Positions 13,704 to 28,341 of a stretch of 64,000 nt of DNA are shown one piece after another; position 1 is the first letter of the stretch; every line of letters begins with the position of its first letter. The notes under the pieces were generated by a model. It was given only the letters and a program-made list of their open reading frames with translations. It made no database searches and had not been told where the DNA came from. The position numbers and the translations under genes were made by a program. The stretch is from positions 46,066,001-46,130,000 of the forward strand of contig OX597837.1 in the NCBI GenBank assembly GCA_951406725.2, given 5' to 3'. This DNA comes from Octopus vulgaris. Lineage: Eukaryota.

Positions 13704-13744
<41 letters not shown>

Positions 13745-14001
13745 GATGATGGTAATAATAATAATAATAATTAAAATAAACAATAATTAATTTCTGTTCC
13801 TCTTTTTTTCGTTTTATTTCTTTTATTCTTTACCGATTCCAATGCCTTAGACTGCGGCCATGCTGGGGCACTGCCTTGAAGAGTTTTACATGTTTATTGT
13901 TGGTCGTTGTTGCTGTTGTTGCTTTTATTTTTTTTACAGGAAAGGGGGGGGGGGACATTCTGAATTTTTTTCTTTTATTTTAATTTGCTTTTCCTAGTAC
14001 G

Positions 14002-14191
14002 TCATCATCATCATCATCATCATCATCACTGTTATCATCATCATCATCATCATCACTGTTATCATCAACATCTCCACCCATCACCACCACCATCATCATC
14101 ATCATCACTGTCATCATCATCACCATCATCATCACCATCATCATCATCATCATCATCATCACTGTCATCATCATCATCATCATCATCACTG

Positions 14192-14224
<33 letters not shown>

Positions 14225-14325
14225 CTATCGTCATCAACATCTCCACCCACTACCACCGCCACCACCATCATCATCATCATCACTATCATCACAACCACAA
14301 CTACTATCATCACTCTCATCATCAT
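14002..14325. repeat. (CAT)n trinucleotide array with repeated interruptions
   Basis: Direct reading; cactgtcatc and tcaacatctccaccca interruptions recur. Confidence 0.95.
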
Positions 14326-14936
14326 CTTTCAGGGTTTGCTTTGTTTTATTTTATTTTTTTTTGCAGTTTTTCTTTTTTCTTTTGTCCTTTTTCTTCCCTT
14401 ATTCTTGCATGGGTCAAGCAGGCCCTTTCCCAGCTCAGCATATTCTCACCATTTGTTGCAGCATCCCTTCACTATCTCCTCCGGAATTCCTCCTTCGCCG
14501 TTTCTTCCAAAGTCTTCCTCTGCTGTGGAGAGAAAGAAACTCCAGACAGAAGAAGAGATAAAAAAGAAGAAAAACAAGGAAGGAACGAGAATTTCATTTT
14601 AAAATTGATTTTATTGAATAAAACGCTGAAAATATTTTATAAATACTCTTTTTTGTTTTTATTTCTGTGTTTTTTGTTCTTTATATTTTTGTTGTTTAGC
14701 TTTTATTTGTTTCAGTCATTAGACTGCAGCCATGCTGAAGCACCAACCTGAAGAATTATTTTTACTTGAATGTATCGACCCCAGGACTTATTTTAGCCTA
14801 TTGGTCTCTTTTTGCCAACTGCTAAGTTATGGGGATGTAAACACACCAACACATGTTGTCAAACATGGGCACAAACAGCCTCAAAGATAAACACATATAT
14901 ATATATGTATGTATATGTATATATATATATACATAC

Positions 14937-14973
<37 letters not shown>

Positions 14974-15976
14974 TAATATATATATATTATACATATATAT
15001 ATATATGTATATATATAAATTATACAATTTTAAGTTGAGATTATTAACTTAACAATGCTCAGAAACGGGCTGGAATTAAAGTGCTCCAATTGAGCTAAGT
15101 CCCAATTTATGATTTCAATGGAGACAATACCAGCAGAAATCTAGAGGAACATGACCTATTATGCAATAGAATATTCAATATATATGTGCACTTTCATTGG
15201 ACATTAATAAATCAATATAAAGTTCCAGATAATACAGCACTAAAACACACAAGTATATGAACTTATAAACACTTAATATTTAAAAATACGCAAATATTTA
15301 AAAATATTTTTTTAAATATAAAAAAATATATTGGCATTATAAATATATAAATACATAGATAGATATACAAATAGATATAAAAATATGTATAAAACGTTGA
15401 TATGATACAAGATAAAACTCAAAAATGTTCATAGATATAAATACTCAAGCAGAATATAAAACATCAACATAAAATAAGATTTATTGAATTAATAATTCAT
15501 ACAATAATTATTAATTCACATGATATATATATATAATACAACAGGCTTCTTTCAGTTTCTTCTACAAAATCTGCTGACAATGCTTTGGTTGGGCCTGAGG
15601 CTATAGTAGAAAACACTTGTCCAAAGTGCCACACAGTGGAACCGAACCCAGAACCATGTGGTTGGGAAGCAATCTTCTTATCACACAGCCATGCTGGGGC
15701 ATTGCCTTGATGGATTTGATTGAACAAATTGACCCCATGACTTATTTTTTTAAATCTGGTATTTATTCGAGCAATCTCTTTTATTGAACTGCTTAGGTTC
15801 AGAGACATAAACAAACTAACACCAGTTGTCAAGCTGAGGTGGGAGGACAAACACAAAGACACACACACACACACACACACATATAGCCAGTTAAGAATCC
15901 ATAAATCAGGAAAACAATTCAATTGTATATTTGTCAGTAGAGTGGGTATTTTAATCAAAGTGTACAGTATTATATA

Positions 15977-16080
15977 TCCATTATGGCTGATCTTATCAGT
16001 TTCACACTAGGGATTTACCAGAGTGTTAAGTAACAGTCCGATTATATAACTCTGCACTCTTCAGAGCTGACAGCTATGGA
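15977..16080 (-). ncRNA. Degenerate hammerhead-like motif
   Basis: UCCAU..GCUG..CU-CUGAAGA-GUGC...GUGU-GAAA-CUGA-UA-AG..CAGC..AUGGA. Stem II base is consistent with CpG-decayed GCGC/GCGC. Followed by a short (TA)n. Confidence 0.45.
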
Positions 16081-16671
16081 ATGAAATAATGATGACTGTA
16101 GGTGAACAGACACATCTGGTTTCTGTTTGCTGTGAAAAAGATGATAAAATGAACCAAGCAAGGGTTAAACTGAAAGCTATGTCCCTTGGGGCTAAAACAC
16201 CATCTCTGGGGGTGTTGCAAGGTAACAAAAGTTTTCTGGAAAAGAGTGTATGGGGAATGTGTGTATGTTTTAGGGTTGTGTTCTTGTAGAAATGGAATAT
16301 GTTTAGTGCTACTATATGTGCACCATTTTCAGTGGGGTGGGGGCAAAGGCCACATACACATCTGAGTTCATTAGTGTGTTTTTTTGTTTATGTTTTGGTT
16401 AAATACTTTGGAGTATTTATGTATGCATGGAGTGTGTATAGGGGTACCATATATTGTACCCCTACATACACTCTATGCATAACGTCATCATCATCGTCAA
16501 CATCATTTTAGTGTCTACTTTTTGATACTGGCATGGGTCAGATGGAATTCATTGAGACAGATTTTCTACAAGCACAGACACACAAATAAATATACAGATA
16601 GACATATACACACAAACACACACATGGCAGGCTTCTTTCAGTTTCCATCAACCAAATCCTCTTGCAAAGTA

Positions 16672-16683
16672 ATACATACATAC

Positions 16684-16714
<31 letters not shown>

Positions 16715-17595
16715 CATACATACATACATACATACATACATACATACATACATACATACATACATACATACATACATACATACATACATACATGCATACG
16801 TGCATACATGCATACATACATATATACATACATACATACATACATACATACATGCATGCATGCGTGCATACATACATACATACATACATACATACATACA
16901 TACATACATACATACATACATACATACATACACATACATACGCACACACATACATACATACATACATACATACATACATACATACATACATACATACATA
17001 CATACATACATACATACATACATACATGCGTGCGTGTGTGCATACATACATACATATATACATACATACATACATACATACATACATGCATGCATGCATA
17101 CATACATACATACATACATACATACATACATACAAACATACATACATACATACATACATACATGCATACATACATACACACATACACACATACATACATA
17201 CATACATACATACATGCATACATGCATACATTACATACATACATACATACATACATACACACATACATACATACATACATACATACATACATACATACAC
17301 ACATACATACATACATATACATACATACACGTGCATACATACATACATACATACATACATACATACATACATACATACATACATACATACATACATACAT
17401 ACATACATACATACATACATACATACACACATACATACATACATACATACATACATACATACATACATACATACATACATACATACAAACATACATACAT
17501 ACATACATACGTACATATATACATACATACATACATACACACATACATACATACATACATACATACATACATACATACATACATACATACATACA

Positions 17596-17656
<61 letters not shown>

Positions 17657-17760
17657 CATACATACATTCAGACATACATACATACATACATACATACATA
17701 CATACATACATACATACAAACATACATACATACATGCATGCATACATACATGCATGCATA
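16672..17760. repeat. ~1.1-kb (TACA)n microsatellite
   Basis: Direct reading; source of the spurious HTYI/MYVC ORFs. Confidence 0.98.
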
Positions 17761-18262
17761 TCATCATCATCATCAACATTTAACATCCATTTTCCATGCT
17801 GGTATGTGTTGGATGGTTTCACTGAAAACTGGTAAGCTGGAGCTGCACCAGGTACTCTGATCTGATTGGCATGGTTTCTACAGCTGGATACCCTCTCTAA
17901 AGCTAACTACTCCAAGAGTGTAGCGGATGCTTTTTACTTACCACTGGTATGGGTACCAGTTACAAAACACTAGCATCAGCCATCACTACAATCCCACTTG
18001 GCTTAAAGGAAAATGAGATGACAAAGGAATAAACAATTTCCTTATAAACTTCTTTACCTTACAGCTGTTTCTGTCATAGGATGCAGTGGACTCATAGTTG
18101 AGGGCCTGAGTAACACTTTATAACTTCAGCAGAACCTCAAATAAGAAGCACAATTTATTTGGGAAAAGAATTATATTTATGCATCATCATCATATATATA
18201 TATGCTAGCATGGGTGCCAACCACTCCGTGAGTGTAGTGGGTGCTTTTTACGTGCCACCTGC

Positions 18263-18446
18263 ACAAAATTTAGAGGATTGACCACTAAAAGGGGACAGCC
18301 TGTATGCTAGATAGAGACATCAAAATTGCCATTTTCTGCAGATAATTTTTTCTTCAGAACACGTTCTCCATGGAAAATGGCAATTTTGACGTCTATATCT
18401 AGCATACAGGCTGTCCACTTTTAGTGGTCAATCCTCTAAATTTTGT
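18263..18446. repeat. Inverted repeat / MITE-like fold-back, ~74-bp arms
   Basis: acaaaatttagaggattgaccactaaaag...ccattttc is mirrored by gaaaatgg...cttttagtggtcaatcctctaaattttgt, with ~3 mismatches and a ~36-bp spacer. Confidence 0.9.
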
Positions 18447-19136
18447 ATGTAAAAAAAACTTTAATCCTTGAATCGTTGGGTAATATGCTGTGCTTGAAAA
18501 GACTTGTTGAGTCAAGTGAAATCATTGTCATGGCTGATGCCAGTGCTGGTGGCATGTAAAAAACGCCATTTGAGCATGGTTGATGTCAGTGCTGCCTGAA
18601 TGGCCCCCATGCCAGTGGCACATAAAAAGCACCATTTGAGCATGGTTGATGTCAGTGCTGCCTGATTGACTCTCATGCCGGCGGCACGTAAAAAGCACGC
18701 ACTACACTCTTGGAGTGGTTGGTGACTGAAGAAGATGAGATAACTACTCTGAAATGCTTGCATTTCACAGTCTAGATAGGTGGCACTGCAAACTGATATT
18801 GGTGTATTAACACCATTTTGTCTACAGCGAGAAATTTTCTCCATTACAAAATACAGTGAATGGCTTGTTTATGAGTCCAAATGTGCCACACACATATTTG
18901 AACTGGTAATGGCATGACATTTTCACACCTCACTGCTTAGAGTTCCCACTCCATAGATTTTGTTGTGTCTGGGGAGAGTCATGGCATTATAATTAATACA
19001 CACACTAGTTCAATTAGTATTTGTCAATTAGTTAAATATCCAATTAACTTATCAATTGTTTGTTCTCTTTTTTTTCTTTTACTCTTCTATTTGTTTCAGT
19101 CATTTGAATGTGGCCATGCTGGAGCACTGCCTTTAA

Positions 19137-19320
19137 CCCCTTACCCGGCAGAAACGAATATATGCGTTTTGACCGAAATCGTTTTTTTCTATCTCTGGCG
19201 AGTTAACTCATCAAAAGATAGACTCGCCAAAATCACCATTCAAAACATAGTAAAATAAAACAATTAAAAAATATGTCTGAAAAAATACATTTATTTTCAA
19301 AATAATTGATGGGTAAGGGG
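19137..19320. mobile_element. piggyBac-type MITE inserted in a SINE
   Basis: TTAA|CCCCTTACCC...GGGTAAGGGG|TTAA. Removing it restores the SINE seen intact at 12050-12080 and 46310-46340. Confidence 0.88.
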
Positions 19321-20412
19321 TTAATCAAGCAAGTCGACCCCAGGACTTATTCTTTGCAAGCCTAGTACTGATTCTATCGGTTTCTTTTGCTGAACTGCTA
19401 AGTTACGGGGACGTAAACACACCAGCCTCGGTTGTCAAGCGATGTTAGGGGGACAAACACAGACACACAAACATATACACACACATACAGAGAAGTATTC
19501 AGCAATGTGACAACTTGCTAATATTAAATGATAAGACCTTTTGTTAAAAATATTTTGAACCCATAAATAAATAAAAATGCTACTTCCTTGCTGTGGGGGT
19601 TATCTTCAAGTTACACACCACAAGTTCATCCCAGCTCCTTATCTCGTTCAAACCATTTGTTTACCGATTGAAATCTCTCCCTTGTTATGTCAGTACTTGA
19701 CTTTGGAATCCGATAAAAATCAGCCACTTTGAACTCCTACTGAGAACCAGACAATCCTTGTGTGGCTGTTCCTGGCAAATAAAGCATTTCTGATAAATAA
19801 GGATTTCTAACTCTGTTGCATGTGTGTAAATATGTATGCATGTGTCTGTGTGCATATATGTGTGTGTGTGTGCTTGTGTGTGTGTGTGTGCATGTATATA
19901 TATATATATATATGACGGAGTCTCCCGTCGTTAGACGATTGTATGAAGGTTTGACAATTTCTTAACGAGCAACCACATGTAGATATAAAGGACAGCTGTG
20001 AACACTCAATAATCAGTTCTGGACAAAATCATGAGTTGTCCGTTGGCTAGGCATGGCACCACCCATCAGCAACCCTTCCAGGGTCACAATGAAATCCTGA
20101 AGCCCTGAAAAGAGTAGAAATGCCACTAACACTGGAAAGCATTAGTCAAACTGGTGACCTCATCTTCATTGTTGCTTTCACTATGTTTCGGCTGGGTACA
20201 CTCCAGCCTGATAGAGGAGTGTGAGTGCCTGATGACACTCTGGGTGCTAGGCTCCCTGACTCAGTCTACACTCGATTCAGAACTGCAATTCAGTCAAAGA
20301 GACAAGCTGCAGAAATAAGAATAACAATCCTTTCTACTTTGGGAACAAAGCCTGAAATTTTGCAGGAGGAAGATAGTCAAATGCATCGACCCCGGAACTA
20401 AATATATTTTGT

Positions 20413-20797
20413 GGAGGCGCAATGGCCCAGTGGTTAGGGCAGCGGACTCGCGGTCGTAGGATCGCGGTTTTGATTCCCAGACCAGGCGTTGTGAGTGTTT
20501 ATTGAGCGAAAACACCTAAAGCTCCACGAGGCTCCGGCAGGGGATGGTGGTGATCCCTGCTGTACTCTTTCACCACAGCTTTCTCTCACTCTTACTTCCT
20601 GTTTCTGTTGTACTTGTATTTCAAAGGGCCGGCCTTGTCACTCTCTGTGTCACGCTGAATATCCCCGAGAACTACGTTAAGGGTACACGTGTCTGTGGAG
20701 TGCTCAGCCACTTACACGCTAATTTCACGAGCAGGCTGTTCCGTTGATCGGATCAACCGGAACCCTCGTCGTTCGTAACCGATGGAGTGCTTCCATC
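20413..20797 (+). mobile_element. tRNA-derived SINE, same head as 3100 but different 3' half
   Basis: Head matches 3100-3270. The 3' half matches the reverse complement of 305-485 and 48905-49035. Confidence 0.85.
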
Positions 20798-21283
20798 CCA
20801 AATATATTTTATCAACCCCAAAAAGATGAAAGACAAAGTCAGTCACAACGAAATTGGAACTCAGAGCATGAAGACAGATGAAATACTGCCAAGTATTTTG
20901 TCCAGTTAACTGTTCTACAAGATCTCTTCCTTTATAATAATCAAAAGGATTCTGGGCAAATTCCTACGAGACTGCTGCTACCAAAGTTTATTGATTCACC
21001 TGAGATTGAACTTAGAACCTCTAGGTGATAGTACTGCATTAACAAACGCCTTTATCCACTACACTATTACTATAGGCAGTGACTGAGTGAGTTTTTAGGC
21101 TTATAAACCTCCATTGATGTTTTATGTGTACAACACTACACCTGATTTTCTCCCCTCCAAACACACGCTAGCATGGATCTGACTCATACACTGTTCGCTT
21201 CCCAGACATTTGTACACTACTGCATATGCTTTATACGCACTTTTGACAAGTTGTGGTGCACCTGAGCACTGTATACAATAATT

Positions 21284-21318
<35 letters not shown>

Positions 21319-21601
21319 AATCCACTTGCAAATCTTTGGTTGGCCTGGGGCTATACTTATCCAAGGTGCAACCCAGTGTAAGAAATAAGAGGAGACCCGT
21401 TGTTAGTAGAAGTGAACACTGAAGTTATGAACGACAATAGTTGTTAAGATTTTGAATAAAAGGAAGTTTTTTATTGTTAGGAGAACAAAAAAATCCGATT
21501 AATGAGGTTAACTGATTAGATAAACAAGTTTATAGGTTGGCCCGGGAGGGTGACTAGGTTAAGGGTCAAGAACAGAGAAAGGAAACGTATGTGTTTGCAT
21601 G

Positions 21602-21656
<55 letters not shown>

Positions 21657-22241
21657 ACATATGCATGCATACGGTGCAGGTTGAAAGTCTGAATACAAAG
21701 ATCAAATTTAGTATTCTTCAAAACATGTTTTGATATAAAGGAGAAATGTAAAACAGTTATCTACCTGAGATTTTCAGGTAACAAAGTTAATTTACGTTTA
21801 TAAATTTGTGTTGCAAGATTCTTGATGTGAAATCGTGTGTTGAAACATATATTGTTGTATTTCAGGATGATTGTTTTTTTTGTGGTTTTTTTGCCAAATA
21901 AACACACACACTGTATATTCGTTGTTCACTCATTTATTACAGATGCAAACGCATGCGCATATAAGGATGCACATCATAGAAGAACAAGAGGGACTAAATG
22001 GAAGAGGAGCACACACAAGGATGGAAGGTGTTGTTGAAGAGGTCACAGATGTGTGACAAAAGATTTCTGGACAATGGACATGAGTTAAAATAAGAACTGT
22101 AATAAAGGAGTGAAGAACAAATATATAGAGTTTGGCTTTATTGGGCAAAAAAAATCATCATCATCATCATTTAGTGTCCATTCTCCATACTTACATGGGT
22201 TGGACGGTTTGACCTGGGCTGGTAAGCTGAGGGGCTGCACC

Positions 22242-22269
<28 letters not shown>

Positions 22270-22275
<6 letters not shown>

Positions 22276-22575
22276 ATCACGTGACCGACCAGACCATCAG
22301 ATGTTGTTACACATCACTGGTCACAATGCGTTCGCATTGTTTTAGCCTTCGAATGACGCCACCCCGCTGGCTAAGTGAGCAGGCCACCAGAAGAAAGAGT
22401 GAGAGAAAGTTGGAGCGAAAGAGTAAAGCAGGGATCGCCATCACCCCCTGCCGGAGCCTCGTGGAGCTTTAGGCATTTTCGCTCAATAAACACTCACAAT
22501 GCCCGATCTGGGAATCGGAACCGCGATCCTACGACCGCGAGTCCGCTGCCCTAACCACTGGGCCATTGCGACTCC
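22270..22575 (-). mobile_element. tRNA-derived SINE (3100 type)
   Basis: Reverse complement of 3100-3390. Confidence 0.85.
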
Positions 22576-22960
22576 ATATATATATGGAGTGTGTATATAT
22601 ATATATGTATGTGTGTGTGTATGTATGTGTGTCTACCTGCCCCCCCCCCCTCACTGCTTGACAGGCAAGATGAGCAGTATTAGTTTGTTTCTCTCCCCAA
22701 AATTTAGCAGTTTGGCAACAGAGACAACAGAACAGGTACCAGACTTTAAAAACCCTGAATTGGAATTAATTTGTTAAAGCTAAAACCCTTCAAGGAGGTG
22801 CTCCAACATGGCCACAGTCTAATGACCAAAACAAATAAATGATAAAAATATAATAACTAATAATAATAATAATGTGTTTTGAATGGCACAACAATGCACT
22901 ATAATAACAACAACAATGGAATATATATAAGAACTGATGTAATTTAATCATTCATTGATT

Positions 22961-23002
22961 GATATAACATTTCGGAATACAAAAATTCCTTCTTCAGAAA
23001 TC
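22961..23002 (-). ncRNA. Minimal type I hammerhead motif, decayed
   Basis: GAUUU-CUGAAGA-A-GGAAU(uuuugu)AUUCC-GAAA-UG-UU-AUAUC. 5-bp stem II, 4/5 stem I, stem III one transition from AACGUU. Confidence 0.65.
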
Positions 23003-23064
23003 TTTAGGAATTGATGGAGTTACTATACATACATTCACACACACACATATAGATGTGTGTAAGT

Positions 23065-23096
<32 letters not shown>

Positions 23097-23991
23097 TGTA
23101 GTAGAAATAGAAGTCCCTTCTGCAGTATTATATAGGTTTTTAAAAATGAATAGAAATGACTTTTCTGATAAATTTTTCACTTCAATAAATTGGTAAATTA
23201 CCAGAAAAGCCAATTCTACCCATTTTTCCAAACACACACACACACACACACACATGTGTGACATAGAGTAAAGAAAGAAAGAAAGGTAGAGGGTAGCAAA
23301 TCCACCTGATGACTCAGTCTGCCTGTGTTGTTGTTGTTGTGACCACAGCCGGGGGGGGGGGCTGTCGCTGTCGCTGTCGATTAATCCTTGAACAGTCATT
23401 GCCAGTAACGGTGGCAGCATAACGAAGGTGAGAGAATGGGGAGTGGGGGGGGAATGGAAACGGAAAGATTTCCATCAATTATGGCAACTTGAGAGTTTCA
23501 TAACACTACATACATATATATACACATATATATACATATATATATATATACAACCTTCCCGGGTCATATTATCTCATAGGGCTGATTTTGCAGTTTCTGT
23601 GGCGTATATATTCCCCACCTGGATGGGACGCCGGTCTGTCGCAGGATTACTCACCTTTGCCAGCTGAGTGGACTGGAGTCAATGTGAAATGAAGTGTTTT
23701 GCTCAAGAACACAACATGTCACCCAGCCCAGGAATTGAAACTACAGTCTTATGATCATGAGTCCACTACCCTAACCACTGAGCCACATGCCTCCACTTTT
23801 GCATACATACACACACATACACAAACATACATACACATACATACATACACACACATACACAAACATATACATACAGAGAAAACATACCTGCATTCATACA
23901 TACACATGCACACATACATATATACATACATACATACATACAAATCTAAATATCCATACTGGAGTAATGTAAAATAAAGTGCCTCGTTTAA

Positions 23992-24040
<49 letters not shown>

Positions 24041-24041
<1 letters not shown>

Positions 24042-24200
24042 CAAATCTTTGCTGAACCCTAATTATATAGTATTATATATATATATATCCTTATATATAT
24101 CATCATCATCATCATCGTTTAACGATGATGATGATGATGATGATATATATAAGGATATATATATATAATACTATATAATTAGGGTTCAGCAAAGATTTGC
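24041..24200. repeat. Near-perfect 160-bp palindrome
   Basis: gcaaatctttgctgaaccctaattatatagtatt...catcatcgtt|taacgatgatg...aatactatataattagggttcagcaaagatttgc. Confidence 0.95.
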
Positions 24201-24353
24201 TTTACCACATACTGAAGTTTAGAAATAGCAGCCAAAAAACGTTAGCTATTTCCTCTACTTTAAAAAGAGACTCCCGGAAAAAAAACAAAGTACTTGAAAA
24301 CAATCCATGAAGGCAGAGAGGAAAAATAACGAAAATCAATCGATATTTGATTA

Positions 24354-24436
24354 CCCATGGACGCATTTCGGAATTAAATCGGTATAAAGAATGTGTAATT
24401 TATACTTTACCCAAACATTTTCTTCATCAGCATGGG
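24354..24436 (-). ncRNA. Type I hammerhead ribozyme motif (PLE pLTR-like relic)
   Basis: CCCAUG-CUGAUGA-[AGAA...GUAUAAA/UUUAUAC...UUCC]-GAAA-UGCG-UC-CAUGGG. Perfect 6-bp stem I, intact core, GUC triplet. Stem III is one transition from palindromic ACGCGU. Confidence 0.82.
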
Positions 24437-25264
24437 ACTTCACTATATTAAATATTAAAAATATTAGATCCGAAGGCACTGGAAGAATTGAATATACCTC
24501 TCCAACTAACAGTATCAGACAGATCATATTCACCATCCAGTACCGCCGAATTCAAAATATATGAATGCAATGGTGACTATGAAACCGTGACCAGCAGGAA
24601 GAGACACAATAGGGATTCTGACTGTGTCTGCATCCCAGGATTCATTCTACAACTGTTGAACAGGGCATTGGGCTCAATTCGCATAGCTATGTGAAGCTGC
24701 TGGAGACTGTGGTCAAACCATGGCAGGAGATTGTTGCTACTGGAAGGCCATATGTGTGACAGATGGACTCACTTCTTTCCACAGCTCCAGAAAGAGTCAC
24801 AAGTGGTTGCCAGAGAATTTCTATGCCCTGGAATCTCGTCTCACCCATCCTTTTCCCTCTTCCCTGCTGAGAAAGCCTTGTGCCTCCTCTACAGTAAGAT
24901 ATCTATTCCTGTCCCTTTATATCCCTTGGTACAAAGCCACCCCATCTCAATACTACACATCCACTTAATCAAGGGTCTTGTCTTGCAAATTACTTGGTGA
25001 ATTTCATTAGAGCTGATATTATGAAAAAAATAATACACCCAGAACTCTGTAAAGTGGTTGGCATTAGAAAGGGCATCCAGCCATAGAAGCTTGACGCCAC
25101 CCTGTGGCACATTGAATCCAGCCAAAGTATGCAATCCATGCCAACATGGAAGGCAGATGCTAAATGATGTTAAAAGATGTTGATAGTGATGGTTGGAGAA
25201 ACCTTAAAGACAAAGCTTAAAGTCCCAGTCAAAATGAACTCCCTTACAAATTTGATTCTCGTAA

Positions 25265-25602
25265 TTTCCCCAATTGTAATCCCATGGATTACTACGTGTG
25301 GGGGTGTAGGTGAGAATGGCACCAACCTCTCTGCCTGCAACACCAAGGCTCGGCTGGTGGCCAAGATCAAAGAAGTATATGAAGATCTTCTCAAAGACAC
25401 AGTGAGGAATGCACACACCTTGTTCCAAAGCCATCTTGAAGTCGTGTTGAAAACTGAGAGTGGCTGCTTTGAGTAAACTGTTATTTCCCAGCCATAATTA
25501 GGCAGATTTTCTTAATTACTTTTGAAAATACTTTTATTTTGAGATGAAATGTGTTTTTGTTTCCTTTTATGCAAACTGTTAAATTTAGCCCAAACATCAT
25601 GT
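25265..25602 (+). mobile_element. C-terminal relic of a second DD37D-like transposase
   Basis: PNCNPMDYYVWG (frameshift) ...LVAKIKEVYEDLLKDTVRNAHTLFQSHLEVVLKTESGCFE*. Confidence 0.65.
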
Positions 25603-26698
25603 ATGTATGCATGTATATATATGTATATATATGTATGTATGGATGTGTTTATGTACATATGCATGCATACATGCATGTATATGTATATACATACATTTGT
25701 ATGAATGGACATATGTATGCCCATACATATGTATGCATGCATGTATGTACATACATACATACATATATATGTATGCATACATGGCAGCTTATATATATAT
25801 ATATATATACATACACGCATCCATCGCCTGTGCCACTGGACTGGCTCCTGTGCAGGTGGCACATAAAAAGCACCATTTGGACGTGGCCATTGCCAGTACC
25901 ACCAAACTGGCCCTCGTGCCGGTGGCACATAAAAGCACCCACTACACCCTCAGAGTGGTCGGCGTTAGGAAGGGCATCCAGCTGTAGAAACTCTGCCAGA
26001 TCAAGATTGGAGTCTGGTTCACCAGTCCTCAGTCAAAATCGTCCAACCCATGCTAGTATGGAAAGCGGACGTTAAATGATGATAATGATGATGATGATGA
26101 TGATGACATACAAGCGCATACATAGACATCCACACACACTCACCTTATACCTTGTGAGCTCGTGTGTAATTTCCACCTACCAATTCCTCGTCATCCAACA
26201 CCAGAATATTAGTCATAACAACTACACTCACTACGAGGTTTATAGTAGAAGAAACTTGCCCCAAGGTACTCCTACTCAGCAGGAACAAACCCAAATGCAA
26301 CATTGATACAAAAGACACCCCTTAACCACACAGCCATATCAACACCCCTAATCTAACAGACAAGTTCTATTAGAATCCACAGAGCTTAAACCAGGTGGGG
26401 GAAGCATTTACAGGTATACAACAGTCACCTCACCTCGTAAATAAATTTATTAGGTTTACATTTCTTCGTTATGTGAATAGGTAAATCGGCTGAGAAGGAG
26501 TTGGCTGTGTTGTGTATTGTGTGGGAGATGTTTTCTTACGTTTGTGTGTCATTATTTATTCAGCCCCTGCCCGAAGGGGACCTCGTAATCCCCTTTTGTT
26601 TGACGGATGTGTTTAACTCCACCCAAATAGCTTACTTATTGAAGGCTGTCGTGTTTAACTCTTTCTATTCAATGTTACAGTAGTTACATCACATGCAA

Positions 26699-26732
<34 letters not shown>

Positions 26733-26735
26733 GTG

Positions 26736-26779
<44 letters not shown>

Positions 26780-26859
26780 TGTGTATGTATATATATACAT
26801 ATACATATATATATATATATATATATGTATATGCATATATATATATATATATATGTATA

Positions 26860-26906
<47 letters not shown>

Positions 26907-27505
26907 CATATACATATACATACACAAACACACACATATATATATATATATACATGCACACACATGCACATATAAACAAATATATGTGTCTGTATATCTA
27001 AATGTATGTGTGTGTGTGTGTATCTGCATGTATGAATATATTCTTTTAATCTTTTACTTCTTTCAGCCATTTCACTGTGGCCATGCTGGAGCACCACCTT
27101 AAAGGGTTTTTTTAGTCATAGAAATCAAAATGTTTAAAATACATGGAGTTTTACCAGGGAATTAAACTTCAAAGATATACCGTCAACTTTATTAGTATTA
27201 TTAGTAGATAATTTTTTTAATGTGAAGTATGCTTGTCTGTGTTTTGTTTCACCCAGAGTTGCCTCTGATGTAGCAGACCCATCACCGACCTTCCTTTTTT
27301 CTGTTTTTTTTTGCCTGAAATACTGTAAATCTGTGTCTTTCTTTTGCTGAAAGGGTGTGTTTTAAGAGAGATTTGGCTGCTATTTGTAGTAGCTCAAGAA
27401 TTACCACAGCGACACCTCTGTGTGTGTGTGTGTGTGTGCGTGTGGGTGTGTGAGTGTATGTGTGTGTGAAAATGTGTTTGTGTGAGAGTGTGTGTGTGAG
27501 TGTGT

Positions 27506-27536
<31 letters not shown>

Positions 27537-27552
27537 CGTGCGTGTGTGTGTG

Positions 27553-27604
<52 letters not shown>

Positions 27605-28313
27605 GTTGTGGTGAAAAACTACTTTTTCTCAGAATATTGTGCACAATAATTTTTTCAGAAATCTGTACATCTTCCTTACTGCTTAAAATTACAATTGTTA
27701 ATTGTTGGAAGTCAAATAGACTGAGATGTGCATCCAATGTTATCCTACAGAGTGGAAGTTCAATACCAAATCTGGAACTTATTATCTTGTGGTTAGTAAC
27801 TCATTACCTTAAATTTGAAGCCATTAAAGTCTTTAAACACCATTTTACTGGGTTTAGTCTTCCGACTGTCGCCATGATGGGGCATCACCTTCAAAAATTT
27901 AATTGATGATACTCACCTCTGTACGTATTTCAGTCTGGCATTTATTTTATCGATCTATGCTTGATGAACTGCTAATTTTGAGACATAGCAGACACTATGC
28001 TCGGTTTAACAACAAATGTAAACACACACACACACACACATTAGGTGCAAGAACGACTGTGTGGTCGAGAAGTTTGCTCCCCAACCACATGATCCCACAT
28101 TCAGTACCCATGCATGGTACCTTGGGCAAGTTCTTTCTACTATAGCCCTAGGCCAACCACAGACTTGTGACTGAATTTGGTAGACAGAAACTGCAGCATT
28201 GCTCATCACCAGAAAAGATGTTTATAAAGAAGAGTGGTTTGCTTCATATTCTTCGTGGGCTGAGTCTGCCCATAAGAAAGGAACAAATAATACAATGTGG
28301 CTGTAGGTCATAA

Positions 28314-28341
28314 CACCCGGGCAACGCCGGGGTGCATTGCT

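Noticed and set aside
16522-17860. Long ORFs of 180-437 aa on both strands
   Set aside because: Read-through of (TACA)n. The same applies to the [12 protein letters not shown], poly-G/V/T and poly-D/M/S ORFs throughout the window.
18057-18103. GAAA-CAGCUG-UA-AGG with upstream CUAUGA-GUC..GAC on minus strand
   Set aside because: Suggestive palindromic stem III, but the CUGA box and stem I spacing are broken, so it is not listed as a feature.
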